DNA from: a virus | Reading direction: 5' to 3' (one strand) | Length of the DNA: 64,000 nt | Virus record (IMG/VR): IMGVR_UViG_3300030012_001865 | Location: 30,286 to 94,285 of that record | Part shown: positions 1 through 9,115 of the stretch, piece by piece | Numbering within the stretch: position 1 is the stretch's first letter | Layout: the number at the start of each line of letters is the position of its first letter | Notes under the pieces: model-generated | Seen by the model: only the letters and a program-made list of their open reading frames with translations | What the model was told of the DNA's origin: nothing | Database searches by the model: none | Translations under genes and position numbers: made by a program

Positions 1-736
1 CTTCTTTAATTCTGTATACAGGAACACCTGCACCAGAAGTTTGACGAAGATACATACCTGCACTTAATTCGTGATCAGATGCAGATGCAACTACTTGATC
101 AGAACCACGAGTCCAAGTTAAAGTTGTAGAGTTAGCAGTATCTGCCTCACTAGTAGCTGCTGAGAAACGTTGAACTGCTATCTTAGCTCTGTTTTGACCA
201 ATTGTAGAACCGTCTGCAAAATCCATAGCTCCTATTTTTTGAACAATACCATTTGCAATTTCAATTTGACTTGCATCTGCGTCAGATACATACTCAAAGA
301 AATATTGATCTTTTTGTTCAGAATATAACTCGCTGTCATTAATAAAGTTTAATCGTAAAGTATAACGATTAGAGTTTATTGCGTCAATTGAGTTTCCAGT
401 ATTAACATCAGTGTACCCAATGTTAGAAATCTGCTCTGCCTCTGCAATAGCACCTGCACCATTTGAAGCATCACCATGCTCAACAACTGCGCCTTTTCTA
501 ATATCATCAAATTTGATAAAAGGAGAAGCTTTTAAAGAGCCATCAGTATTAAGTTGTACAACTCTAAATACATCACCTGTAGTTAAAGCTGTAGTGTTTG
601 CTAATAAACCAGATTCTAGTTCAATTGCAAACTCACTAGTGTCTGTAGTTGCAGCAGTTAAATCTGCTACAGTTTTAGACGAACCGTGAAAGAATTTTCC
701 GATAAATACATCGAAATTATGTCCGTAAATTGCCAT
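1..736 (-). CDS. Structural protein, probable auxiliary capsid protein (crAss 'gene 73' position); runs off the window edge
   Basis: Not in the ORF track. ATG at 736 (MAIYGHNFDVFIGK...) with an open frame to the window start and an A-rich leader. Lies downstream of MCP/gene75/gene74 as in crAss-like gene order. Confidence 0.6.
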   Translation of the reverse strand, partial: MAIYGHNFDVFIGKFFHGSSKTVADLTAATTDTSEFAIELESGLLANTTALTTGDVFRVVQLNTDGSLKASPFIKFDDIRKGAVVEHGDASNGAGAIAEAEQISNIGYTDVNTGNSIDAINSNRYTLRLNFINDSELYSEQKDQYFFEYVSDADASQIEIANGIVQKIGAMDFADGSTIGQNRAKIAVQRFSAATSEADTANSTTLTWTRGSDQVVASASDHELSAGMYLRQTSGAGVPVYRIKE

Positions 737-762
737 TTGTTTTCTATTTTAAAAATTAACTA

Positions 763-1299
763 TTAATTGTCTAATGTAATATCTGCTACATTAGTGCAGA
801 ATGCTTTCACAAACCATGAAGTACCATCAGATACTAGAGATACTCTATCTCCTTTCATAGCTGAAGTTGCGAAAGTAATCTTTGTATTTGCAGCCACACC
901 AGTGTCACCATCAGTAGCTGCAGCTTCGTGCTCAGAAGTAAAAACATGACCAAAGAAATCTTCCGACGCAGCAGCTTGAACAATAGTACAAGCAGTTGTT
1001 GAATTGTCTGATGTTAGAATGATTTCAAAGTTAAGTCCTTCTTCGCAAGAAGGTAAAGTAATATCAACTCCTGTAGGTCCCATAAGAATTATTTTACCAG
1101 AGTCACTTGATAGTAAAGTAGCGTCTGCAGTAACTGTTTTAGTTGCTACAACACCCATTCTACTAGCAGCAGTCTGACTAACATAATCCCCAACAAGATC
1201 ATTAAAATCTTGTACTCGAACTGGAGTGTTACCAACTAGTCCTCCTTTATTAAAAGAAGGAGCTACATTGGCATTCGTTATTTTTGCTGTTCTTGCCAT
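763..1299 (-). CDS. Small virion structural protein (head fibre/decoration-like)
   Basis: 178 aa, Thr/Ala/Ser-rich beta pattern (LLSSDSGKIILM..DITLP...GDRVSLVSDGTSWFV), inside the capsid operon. Confidence 0.5.
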   Translation of the reverse strand: MARTAKITNANVAPSFNKGGLVGNTPVRVQDFNDLVGDYVSQTAASRMGVVATKTVTADATLLSSDSGKIILMGPTGVDITLPSCEEGLNFEIILTSDNSTTACTIVQAAASEDFFGHVFTSEHEAAATDGDTGVAANTKITFATSAMKGDRVSLVSDGTSWFVKAFCTNVADITLDN

Positions 1300-1300
1300 T

Positions 1301-2074
1301 TTATTCTATTTCGTTAAGTTCTATTTTACTTGATTGGTATCTTGGTTGCTCTACATTTTCTAAAGCATCTAAGACAGCCATCCTTACAATCTCTCTATGT
1401 GTATGTTTAGCCAAATCACACTCTTGCCCAAGATCATCTCCTTGGGGAAGTTTTACAGCGTTAGCTGCTCGAATATATCTTATATTATAATCTTTTAATA
1501 CTACGTCTGGGTGATGTATCAGCTCTACTCGTTGTTGGCCCCCACCTTCACCTTCTGTAGTACCTCTATAATCTAATCTATACACAGTAGTAAGATCTGG
1601 TTTATTAAAAGGATCATTTATAACTTTATTGTATCTATCGTAAGTTAGAGGAGTTACATTTATAATACTTAAATTTTTATTATTAATGTTTTCGCTCTCA
1701 TAAATATTAGAAGCAACAATCCCTGTAAAACTAGGATGTTCTGCTATAACAAACTCAGATACCATGTGTCTATAATTTGCAGGTAAAGTTGCAAAGTTAC
1801 CGTTTGGTAAACTTCCATCATCTTCACCTAATTCGTCTGAAAGAACAACAATACGTTTATTCGTAATTAAATTACGAAGATCATCTCTACGTTTTGCGTC
1901 TTCTTCAAAACCTGTTCGATGTACATTAGCGCCATACATTCTTTTTGTAATAAATTTAGCAATTGCCATGTTAAGAAACATATCAACTTCTTCATCTAAA
2001 AACGAAGGAGCGTCAAAAGAATCTCCTTTGTCTAGCAATAATCTAAATTCTTCATGCATTTGCGCTACTGTCAT
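1301..2074 (-). CDS. Head-tail ring/connector protein (crAss 'gene 74'-like)
   Basis: MTVAQMHEEF...EEVDMFLN...GFEE..KRRDDLRNL...HREIVRMAV pattern; second gene after MCP. Confidence 0.7.
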   Translation of the reverse strand: MTVAQMHEEFRLLLDKGDSFDAPSFLDEEVDMFLNMAIAKFITKRMYGANVHRTGFEEDAKRRDDLRNLITNKRIVVLSDELGEDDGSLPNGNFATLPANYRHMVSEFVIAEHPSFTGIVASNIYESENINNKNLSIINVTPLTYDRYNKVINDPFNKPDLTTVYRLDYRGTTEGEGGGQQRVELIHHPDVVLKDYNIRYIRAANAVKLPQGDDLGQECDLAKHTHREIVRMAVLDALENVEQPRYQSSKIELNEIE

Positions 2075-2075
2075 A

Positions 2076-2942
2076 CTACTTACTTATAGATAATTTTCCT
2101 TTTAAATCTAAATACACTTCCTGATTGTCAGGATTTTGTAAATATTCAATCGTCTGCTCAAGTGTATACCCTACAATATCTCCGCCAGGAAGTTGGTATT
2201 TAGTACCATTCTTAACAAGAACTCTAGATGATAAACAATCATCAATAAATGCTCTCATTTTAAATGTTGGGTCATCTACAGTATTTAAAAATTCTTGAGG
2301 ATTATCAGTTACAATTTTATCAAGTTGAGCCTCAACAAAATCTACAGAAGCATTTTCTCCTGCTCTTTTACCCATAACCTTAAGAACATCTTTCATTTCT
2401 GAAGTAGACATATTACTAAATACTTTGTAAGCTTTACGCTTAAGTTTAGATTTTTGGTTTTCTACTTTAGCTTCTTGCTCATCAGATGTCATTACATATT
2501 CTGCAAATGGTGTGTCAAAACGTTCCATTTCTGAATTAGCAACTCTCTGGTGAGCTTTTAAAACAAAGTATTTAACCTCATCTTCTGGATTGTTTAAATC
2601 TAAAACAACACCTTCTTTAGGTACATCAATTTTAAAAGTTGCCCAATAATCTCTATTGTACTTTGACAATGTACCTGGAGACATATGCATTTTAGTTTCA
2701 AGACGAACTTCGTCGTCTTCAGTCATTCCAGTATTAAGGATACCCGTGCCTTTTGCTGCCTGAACAGTTAAACGCTCAAAACATTTAGAGTAACGGAGGC
2801 TCCCGTCATGATCGTCGGGAAGCCATCCGTGTCTCTTTATAGGTTTAAGTGTAACCTTATCTTTTACAACACGTTCTTTCTTCACTGGTGCAGTCTCTAC
2901 TACTTCTGGAGTAGCTTCTTGTTTAACTACTTTTTTTGCCAT
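2076..2942 (-). CDS. Conserved crAss-like protein ('gene 75'-like) following MCP
   Basis: 288 aa, LDLNNPED..KY.VLKAH motif; immediately downstream of MCP. Confidence 0.65.
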   Translation of the reverse strand: MAKKVVKQEATPEVVETAPVKKERVVKDKVTLKPIKRHGWLPDDHDGSLRYSKCFERLTVQAAKGTGILNTGMTEDDEVRLETKMHMSPGTLSKYNRDYWATFKIDVPKEGVVLDLNNPEDEVKYFVLKAHQRVANSEMERFDTPFAEYVMTSDEQEAKVENQKSKLKRKAYKVFSNMSTSEMKDVLKVMGKRAGENASVDFVEAQLDKIVTDNPQEFLNTVDDPTFKMRAFIDDCLSSRVLVKNGTKYQLPGGDIVGYTLEQTIEYLQNPDNQEVYLDLKGKLSISK

Positions 2943-2977
2943 CTTCTTTTGTGTTTATATTAATTTATTTTATTCCA

Positions 2978-4429
2978 TTATACTGCAGAAGAGTAAATCA
3001 ATTCAGCACAAGACATTGGGTTCTGAATAAGAACACCTTGTTGAGCTTGAGCAAATAATTGGTAACCATCTACAGGAGACGAAGAACCTGATGAGAACGA
3101 AGTGTTAGGTCCTAACGGTGAAGTTGAACCAGCAACGTGCCACATTAATTCTTTACGTCCTTTAGGATATACTCGTCGGATATTGTTTTCTCCACCAGAA
3201 GTACCCATGTTAAGGATAGTGTATCGGTAAGACTCAGTGTATCCACCTTTTGGATGTGGTACACGGTTACGGATTTCATCATCATACAATGGTAAGTGAA
3301 CTAGAGTAAACTTGATACCTTGTGGTCCCATGTATTCTCTGTACTGACCTTGGAATGATAAGTTTTGTCCTGAACCACCAATACGCTTAGAGTCTAATGG
3401 TTGGAATCTTGCAGCGTGGTTTTCAAGAGCTCTGTGGAATTGTACCATACCTCTTTCACCTGTAAACGCTACAAAGTGACGTTGATCTTCTGGAAGTAAG
3501 TTAATTGATAAGTTCAATAAAACATCTTCTAAATAATCAATTGTAAAGTCTGTATAGTGGAACTTGTAAGATGGAGAAATTTGCTCACGTAAACCTGCAC
3601 CTTCAACAATAGCAGATCCAGAAGCACCCATCATATCATAAGTACCATTAACTTGTTTGTTAGACTTAGAGAACCAAAGCATACGCTCTTTCTCTTTCAT
3701 CCACTGACACATGAATTCGTATTCAGCATACTGAGTCCAGATCTTTGTAGTCTTATTAGATTTAGGATCCATCATCTCAATAACTAAAGGACGTTGGTGC
3801 ATGTTACCAGGAATAGTGTAAGTCTTAGATAAGAAAGACATTGCATTACGCATTTTGAATGGAGAACTGTAATGAGTTTCACCGTAAGTTCTATTCAAAG
3901 TTCTTTCTTGTGGAGAGTATTCTTTACTTGCACGTGCTCCAGCAGAAATTAAACTTGGAGGAATAAAATCTGCAGCATTTGAAGTCATCAAAGAACAAGG
4001 GTATACATAAATAGACCCTTCCATGTAAGGCTCTTGCATTACACGAACAGAAGTTTCACCGTCATCTAAAACTAGTTTATCAGACATAGCGAAATATTTT
4101 TCTGCCATTCTAATGTTTACGATAGCTCCGTATTGTCCAGGTTTAGCAGAAAGTCCGCCTCCACTATAACCTTGTATAACAACTGCTTTTTCGTCGTCCC
4201 CTTTTAGGTACCACTCAAAATCGTTGTCTGTGTCAAGCTCTTGCTCTCCACCACCTACAGATAGGAAGTAATCCATACCTGCATACTGATTCATACCGAA
4301 TACTCTACTGATGATATTAGATACCAAAGTAGGCTCGGCAGCGAATACGCTTCCTAGGTGGTTCTCAGTTGTTAAGCCAGACCAGCTCTTAGGAGCGTAC
4401 AATTGTAATGAACTAATTGTGTTTGCCAT
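2978..4429 (-). CDS. Major capsid protein (crAss-like, HK97 fold)
   Basis: 483 aa with GLTTENHL, GAGLREQI, TGERGM..F and HLPLYDD motifs typical of crAss-like MCPs; follows portal and scaffold. Confidence 0.92.
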   Translation of the reverse strand: MANTISSLQLYAPKSWSGLTTENHLGSVFAAEPTLVSNIISRVFGMNQYAGMDYFLSVGGGEQELDTDNDFEWYLKGDDEKAVVIQGYSGGGLSAKPGQYGAIVNIRMAEKYFAMSDKLVLDDGETSVRVMQEPYMEGSIYVYPCSLMTSNAADFIPPSLISAGARASKEYSPQERTLNRTYGETHYSSPFKMRNAMSFLSKTYTIPGNMHQRPLVIEMMDPKSNKTTKIWTQYAEYEFMCQWMKEKERMLWFSKSNKQVNGTYDMMGASGSAIVEGAGLREQISPSYKFHYTDFTIDYLEDVLLNLSINLLPEDQRHFVAFTGERGMVQFHRALENHAARFQPLDSKRIGGSGQNLSFQGQYREYMGPQGIKFTLVHLPLYDDEIRNRVPHPKGGYTESYRYTILNMGTSGGENNIRRVYPKGRKELMWHVAGSTSPLGPNTSFSSGSSSPVDGYQLFAQAQQGVLIQNPMSCAELIYSSAV

Positions 4430-4473
4430 TTTTAATTAATTTAATTATTACTTGTTGTTTATATAAATAGCTC

Positions 4474-5625
4474 CTATCGTAGAGATTTTCTCATAGTGTC
4501 AAAATTAACAGCTTTAGAGGTACCTCTACTTGGTCTGGAACCAGTTTTTTTCGTACTCTTAATTGCGTTGGCCAACTTCCGTGTTGATTTAGTTGTTGAC
4601 TGACGTTCAAATGCTGAAAAATCCCACTTAAGGACTGTTGCTAAATATGCTATTTTTAAGTCAAACTCAGGATCTTTTTCTCTCATTCTCATGATTTCAT
4701 TTTTTCCGTTCTTATCTAACTTAGTTATACCTTTGTATAAATTATCTTTATCTTTTGGTGATAATTTAAACCCAGGTAAAATTTCTTCTTTTTTTCCTAT
4801 ATGATCTTTAAGATCTCCTAACCACTGTTCGTGTGCTTGGATTCTTTGTTTTTGCTCTTCTTTCTGCTGCTTAATAAGATTAGCTTTTTCTGCTTTTTGT
4901 ATCTCTTTTAAAGATGCTAAAGCTTCTTCTGCCTCTTCTTTTAATACACCAGAATCTTCGTAACGATTTAACTTACGTGTAATTCGTTCTTCAGACCAAC
5001 CGCTTTTAACTAGTAAATCTCTTACTAGCATTTTTTGTAGAGATAAATTATCTTCTAAACTTTCTTCTGCAATTGTAGCATATGACTGCTCACTAGCGCT
5101 TGCATTAATTAGATCATATATATTTACACCTGCTTCATAATTATCTAAAAGATATTTAATCTCTTCAGGCATGTTTTCTTTATATTCAGTTACTTTAGAA
5201 TCAATAGTATCTTGTACTTTGTTTAGTAACCAATCTTCAGAATCTTCAAACTCTTCATCGTTAAAATCAATTAAGCCCTGATCTCTTTGCATTTCTGCAA
5301 ATACTCGAAGTGGGTTATCACCTTCTTCTTCAACAGATTCTTCAGTTTCGCTTGCTTCAGTTGTTTCTGAAACTTGCTCCGCTGTATCCTCTTCAGTATT
5401 TGATTCTTCAGGCTCATCAGTAGTTTGCGGTTCTTCAGTTCTTTCTGGCAGCTCATCAACCTCTTGTATCTTTAACTCTGGGTTAAAAATACCAGGCTCG
5501 TTTTCTTCAGTTTTAGTTTCTTCACCTTCAGCTTTTGGCTGCTCTTTCTTCTCTTCTGGACTCGTTGTTAGATTATCCAACACACTTAAGTCCAATCCAT
5601 CTAAAATGTTATCTTCTATTGCCAT
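4474..5625 (-). CDS. Capsid scaffolding-like protein (crAss 'gene 77' position)
   Basis: Very acidic N-terminus, coiled coil, basic C-terminus; between portal and MCP. ATG 5625 (MAIEDN) preferred over TTG 5649, which overlaps the promoter -7 box. Confidence 0.7.
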   Translation of the reverse strand: MAIEDNILDGLDLSVLDNLTTSPEEKKEQPKAEGEETKTEENEPGIFNPELKIQEVDELPERTEEPQTTDEPEESNTEEDTAEQVSETTEASETEESVEEEGDNPLRVFAEMQRDQGLIDFNDEEFEDSEDWLLNKVQDTIDSKVTEYKENMPEEIKYLLDNYEAGVNIYDLINASASEQSYATIAEESLEDNLSLQKMLVRDLLVKSGWSEERITRKLNRYEDSGVLKEEAEEALASLKEIQKAEKANLIKQQKEEQKQRIQAHEQWLGDLKDHIGKKEEILPGFKLSPKDKDNLYKGITKLDKNGKNEIMRMREKDPEFDLKIAYLATVLKWDFSAFERQSTTKSTRKLANAIKSTKKTGSRPSRGTSKAVNFDTMRKSLR

Positions 5626-5646
5626 AGAGTTTTGTTTATTAAGTGA

Positions 5647-5676
5647 CAAAAATAATTATTTTAATATTCTGTGCAA
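5647..5676 (-). promoter_or_regulatory. Bacteroidota sigma70-type promoter driving scaffold/MCP
   Basis: - strand TTG-N19-TATTTTTG matches the TTG(-33)/TAnnTTTG(-7) consensus. Confidence 0.75.
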
Positions 5677-5740
5677 TACCTTGTCACTTGAGTATTGCGT
5701 AAAAATTTTATTTTTTATAGCTAAAATATAATTTTATAGA

Positions 5741-8179
5741 TTATACTTTTTTATTTTGTTTAGCTATTTTTGCTTTTTCTATTCTTTCTTTAGATGCTAA
5801 CTGCTCTTTTTCTAATTGCATTTTTTGTCTTTGCAGTTCACCATCTTGAGCTACTTTAGCTCTTTCAATATCTAGTTTAGCTAGATCCACACTATCTCTA
5901 ACACCATTGTCGTTCATATCTTGATCCACAGCTTTACCCATAAGATTCATTCTTGCAATCTGAACTTTGGTTTGATTATCTTCAGAGTTTCTTTGATCTT
6001 CACGATTCTCTTTCTCAATTTCTAATTGCAGCTTTTGTTGCTCTATTTGCTGCTGTTGTTGCATTTGCACTTCTTGCATTTGCAGTTGTTGTTGTTGAGT
6101 TTGTTGCGCTCGCTGCTGAGCTTCAGCTTCAGAACGTTTAAGATTTTGTCGTAAATCTGATATAGAGCTTGCATTATATATTTGTACCACATCTGATAAA
6201 GTCATTTGTTCGTTTTGTAGCGCAGCGTGCGTTAATTGTTTTAATGCTTCTATTGCCATATTATCTTTTGCAGAATTAGAAACAAACAATCCGTATTCAG
6301 ACTGTGCAAACTGATCTCCATTTAATTTAAAGAATACGTTAGCTAAATCGTCAGTCATGTAAGTTATGCGTTTAGAGTCTCCTTTGTATACATCTCTTGA
6401 TACATTTAACAAACTTTCTAAAACTCTAACTTTAGTTTGGTTATGAACTTCATACCATTTTTCTGTAATATGCGATGACTGAACAACAGCTCTTTCTGTA
6501 TTACCTACTAACTCAGATGTAGATATAGCACCCATTCTTTGCGGTGTAACACCTGATAAAGTATATATTTTTTGCTCTACAAAGTCTAAAAGCTGCACAT
6601 GTTGTTGGATATAATTACCAGTTTCCATATCTAACACTTTATTTTGTGTAGATATATTACCAGCAAGTTTACCAGTGGACTGTCCTTTTTTACCTTCGTT
6701 AAAAGAATCAACAAAACCAAACTTCATTGATTGTGCATAGTACATCCACTTTTCTACTTCCCATCCATCAGGAATTAGTGACAAATCTATTAATGATATT
6801 TTACCTTGGTTAGACGCTATAGCTAACTCTAACCTATACCACATAGTTATGTACATGTAAACCCAAGGCACTAATCTGTCCATCAAAGATACAGATTGTG
6901 AATTGTTTGCATTGTATATTGTTCCTACGTAACCAGAACTACACAAAGATAAATTATCCATGTGTCTAAATTGTTGAGGTCTAACTCTAATATTTATGTA
7001 AGTATTTTCTCCAATTTTGGTTCCTTCCCAATATTCGTTTACCCACATATACTCTATAGACTCACCAATACTTTCATTTATTTTGTAAGTTTCTCCTACA
7101 ATAGTTTCTTGCGGAAGACCTTGCTCATCAATATAAGTTAACTTGCCTATCTTACGCATAGATTTCCAAACTACTTTTGTAACACGTATGTTACCATCTT
7201 GATCATAGTAGTTAAAAATATTAGAGTCGTGATCTGTTCCTTCTCTATTCTCTATATAAAGTTTTTCCTGATTAGGAAAATTTAAAAGACTTTGACTATC
7301 TACAGAACCTCTGTGGCCTTGCTCTTTTTCTAATTTATCTATCTGAGCAGGGGTAAGATCTTCGTAAAAATTATCAATAACTGTATTAATAGACATAAAT
7401 GTATCTTCTACAATTACGTCTGCATTATCTACATAGTCTTCATTGTGAGGTAGTAGAACATAAAACTCTAAAGGATTAACTCTACGAACTGTAGGTTCGT
7501 TAGACACTTCTTCTATACAGTATATTTCTTCTCCTACTAGTAGTGCATCCTCCCACCCTTTTGCAAATTTTGTTTTTAATTTCTGCTCTCTTTCTAAATA
7601 ATTAAGAAGTTTGTTAGCAGTAGATTCATTCGTATCTTGAAAGTCGTAATCAAAATATTTCTGAACTCTTTTTAAATGCTCAGGTATACTAGCTTGTGCT
7701 TGCTGCATAAACTGTTGGGCCTCTTCTTGAGAAGTTGGTTGGCCCATAGATTGTAAAAACTGTTCTGTAGTTTGTTGTATTATAGTTTGAAATATACCTA
7801 CAACTTGTTTTTTCTTTTCCTCTTCTTTAGAAGATATAGATTCTTCATTAATAGATCTAACTACATAAGAAAAAGCTCTTTTAGCTTCTTCACCAAAAAG
7901 TAAATTGAATATAGGCGATACTACATCATAGTATTGCAAGGTAGCAGGAAGCTCTAGCGAACCACCTAACCCTAGAGGATCAGTTACATACTCTAGATCT
8001 TGCTTGTCAAACTTACCATTATAAAGATCGTAGTTCCGCTTTTTCTTAAAGCGAGAACTACGTCTTGTATTATCGTAAACACCTACTAAGCCTAATCCAG
8101 CTTCTATGCATTCTTCTCCCCACTTCTGAGTCTTTTTCCTCCGACTCAGTTTTTGTCTAGGAAAATCTAATCGAGGCAT
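5741..8179 (-). CDS. Portal protein
   Basis: 812 aa; P.QKLS..KK..KW, NYDLYNG, W.NEYWEG.KIG, SL.DRL.P, SGVTPQR.G motifs; Gln-rich C-terminal coiled coil; near TerL. Confidence 0.92.
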   Translation of the reverse strand: MPRLDFPRQKLSRRKKTQKWGEECIEAGLGLVGVYDNTRRSSRFKKKRNYDLYNGKFDKQDLEYVTDPLGLGGSLELPATLQYYDVVSPIFNLLFGEEAKRAFSYVVRSINEESISSKEEEKKKQVVGIFQTIIQQTTEQFLQSMGQPTSQEEAQQFMQQAQASIPEHLKRVQKYFDYDFQDTNESTANKLLNYLEREQKLKTKFAKGWEDALLVGEEIYCIEEVSNEPTVRRVNPLEFYVLLPHNEDYVDNADVIVEDTFMSINTVIDNFYEDLTPAQIDKLEKEQGHRGSVDSQSLLNFPNQEKLYIENREGTDHDSNIFNYYDQDGNIRVTKVVWKSMRKIGKLTYIDEQGLPQETIVGETYKINESIGESIEYMWVNEYWEGTKIGENTYINIRVRPQQFRHMDNLSLCSSGYVGTIYNANNSQSVSLMDRLVPWVYMYITMWYRLELAIASNQGKISLIDLSLIPDGWEVEKWMYYAQSMKFGFVDSFNEGKKGQSTGKLAGNISTQNKVLDMETGNYIQQHVQLLDFVEQKIYTLSGVTPQRMGAISTSELVGNTERAVVQSSHITEKWYEVHNQTKVRVLESLLNVSRDVYKGDSKRITYMTDDLANVFFKLNGDQFAQSEYGLFVSNSAKDNMAIEALKQLTHAALQNEQMTLSDVVQIYNASSISDLRQNLKRSEAEAQQRAQQTQQQQLQMQEVQMQQQQQIEQQKLQLEIEKENREDQRNSEDNQTKVQIARMNLMGKAVDQDMNDNGVRDSVDLAKLDIERAKVAQDGELQRQKMQLEKEQLASKERIEKAKIAKQNKKV

Positions 8180-8188
8180 AAATTATTT

Positions 8189-8578
8189 TTAGTCTACTTC
8201 TAGTAATAAAAATTCTACTGTAGGAGTATTAGCTGATGATTTAACTTGTATTTTAGTATTATCTGCTGTTGGGTAAAAGAAAAATTCTCCTGGAGATAAA
8301 CGAGCAAAAATTTGATCCCCGTCATCTGCAAAGATTAAATCATCTGTTGCGTCTGTATTTTTTGCATATACATATGCTTTTTTACCACCATCTGTTGATC
8401 CTGCTAAAGCATTCACGTTTATATCATCGTAAGATGTACTAGTTACCATAGTAGTTAAACCCTGACGGTTATCACCATTAATAGTTAGTGCATCTGTAAC
8501 TGTTTTGTTTAAAGATATTGTATTAAACAAATCAGTACTAGATATACTGAAAGTTACGTTTAAAGTTGCGTTTGCCAT
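8189..8578 (-). CDS. Small beta-rich virion protein, paralog A
   Basis: 129 aa; shares SSTDLF, AYV..N, L.PGEF.F.P, P.VE with 8597..9007. Confidence 0.6.
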   Translation of the reverse strand: MANATLNVTFSISSTDLFNTISLNKTVTDALTINGDNRQGLTTMVTSTSYDDINVNALAGSTDGGKKAYVYAKNTDATDDLIFADDGDQIFARLSPGEFFFYPTADNTKIQVKSSANTPTVEFLLLEVD

Positions 8579-8596
8579 TTTGTTATAATTTTAAGA

Positions 8597-9007
8597 TTAA
8601 GCTGCTTTTTCCATTAATACATATTCAACTACAGGATTACCTGCAGCTGCTTCAATATCTATATCCTGCATATCAGAGATAGGCATAAACATAAACTCGC
8701 CAGGGCCTAAAACTGCAAACCAGTCACCTGCTCCTGAGTCTGTACCATGAGTTGCGCATAATCCAATTTTAACGTATTCACCAGATGTAACACTTAAATT
8801 ATGTAAAAATACATAAGCTAAATCATTTGTTCCATCTAAAGCTTTTAATGCTATATTATCTTCTGTTCCTGAGCCTGTAGTTACTAATCGGCCTACAAGC
8901 ATTTGATCTCCTGCAGGAGAGAGTGCGTCTGTTTCTGTGAAACTTAAAGTTTGCTTTGCAAACAAGTCTGTGCTAGAAAGAGACAGTGTTACATTTACTG
9001 TTGCCAT
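8597..9007 (-). CDS. Small beta-rich virion protein, paralog B
   Basis: 136 aa; tandem paralog of 8189..8578 between TerL and portal. Confidence 0.6.
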   Translation of the reverse strand: MATVNVTLSLSSTDLFAKQTLSFTETDALSPAGDQMLVGRLVTTGSGTEDNIALKALDGTNDLAYVFLHNLSVTSGEYVKIGLCATHGTDSGAGDWFAVLGPGEFMFMPISDMQDIDIEAAAGNPVVEYVLMEKAA

Positions 9008-9042
9008 ATTTATATTATTTTTAAAATTCGCGAATTAAAGGA

Positions 9043-9073
9043 CAAAAATATAAATTTTAGTATTTTGTGCAAA
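9043..9073 (-). promoter_or_regulatory. Bacteroidota sigma70-type promoter upstream of the paralog pair and portal
   Basis: - strand TTTG-N19-TATTTTTG; near copy of the promoter at 5647-5676. Confidence 0.75.
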
Positions 9074-9115
9074 TAATAATCTGCGAAATTAGATTTTTAG
9101 TTTTTACGTTTATAG

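Noticed and set aside
411-689. 92-aa + strand ORF
   Set aside because: Antisense to the real edge-truncated gene 736->1
6040-6120. Gln-rich repeat in portal
   Set aside because: Ordinary coiled-coil barrel region of portal proteins, not a separate repeat element
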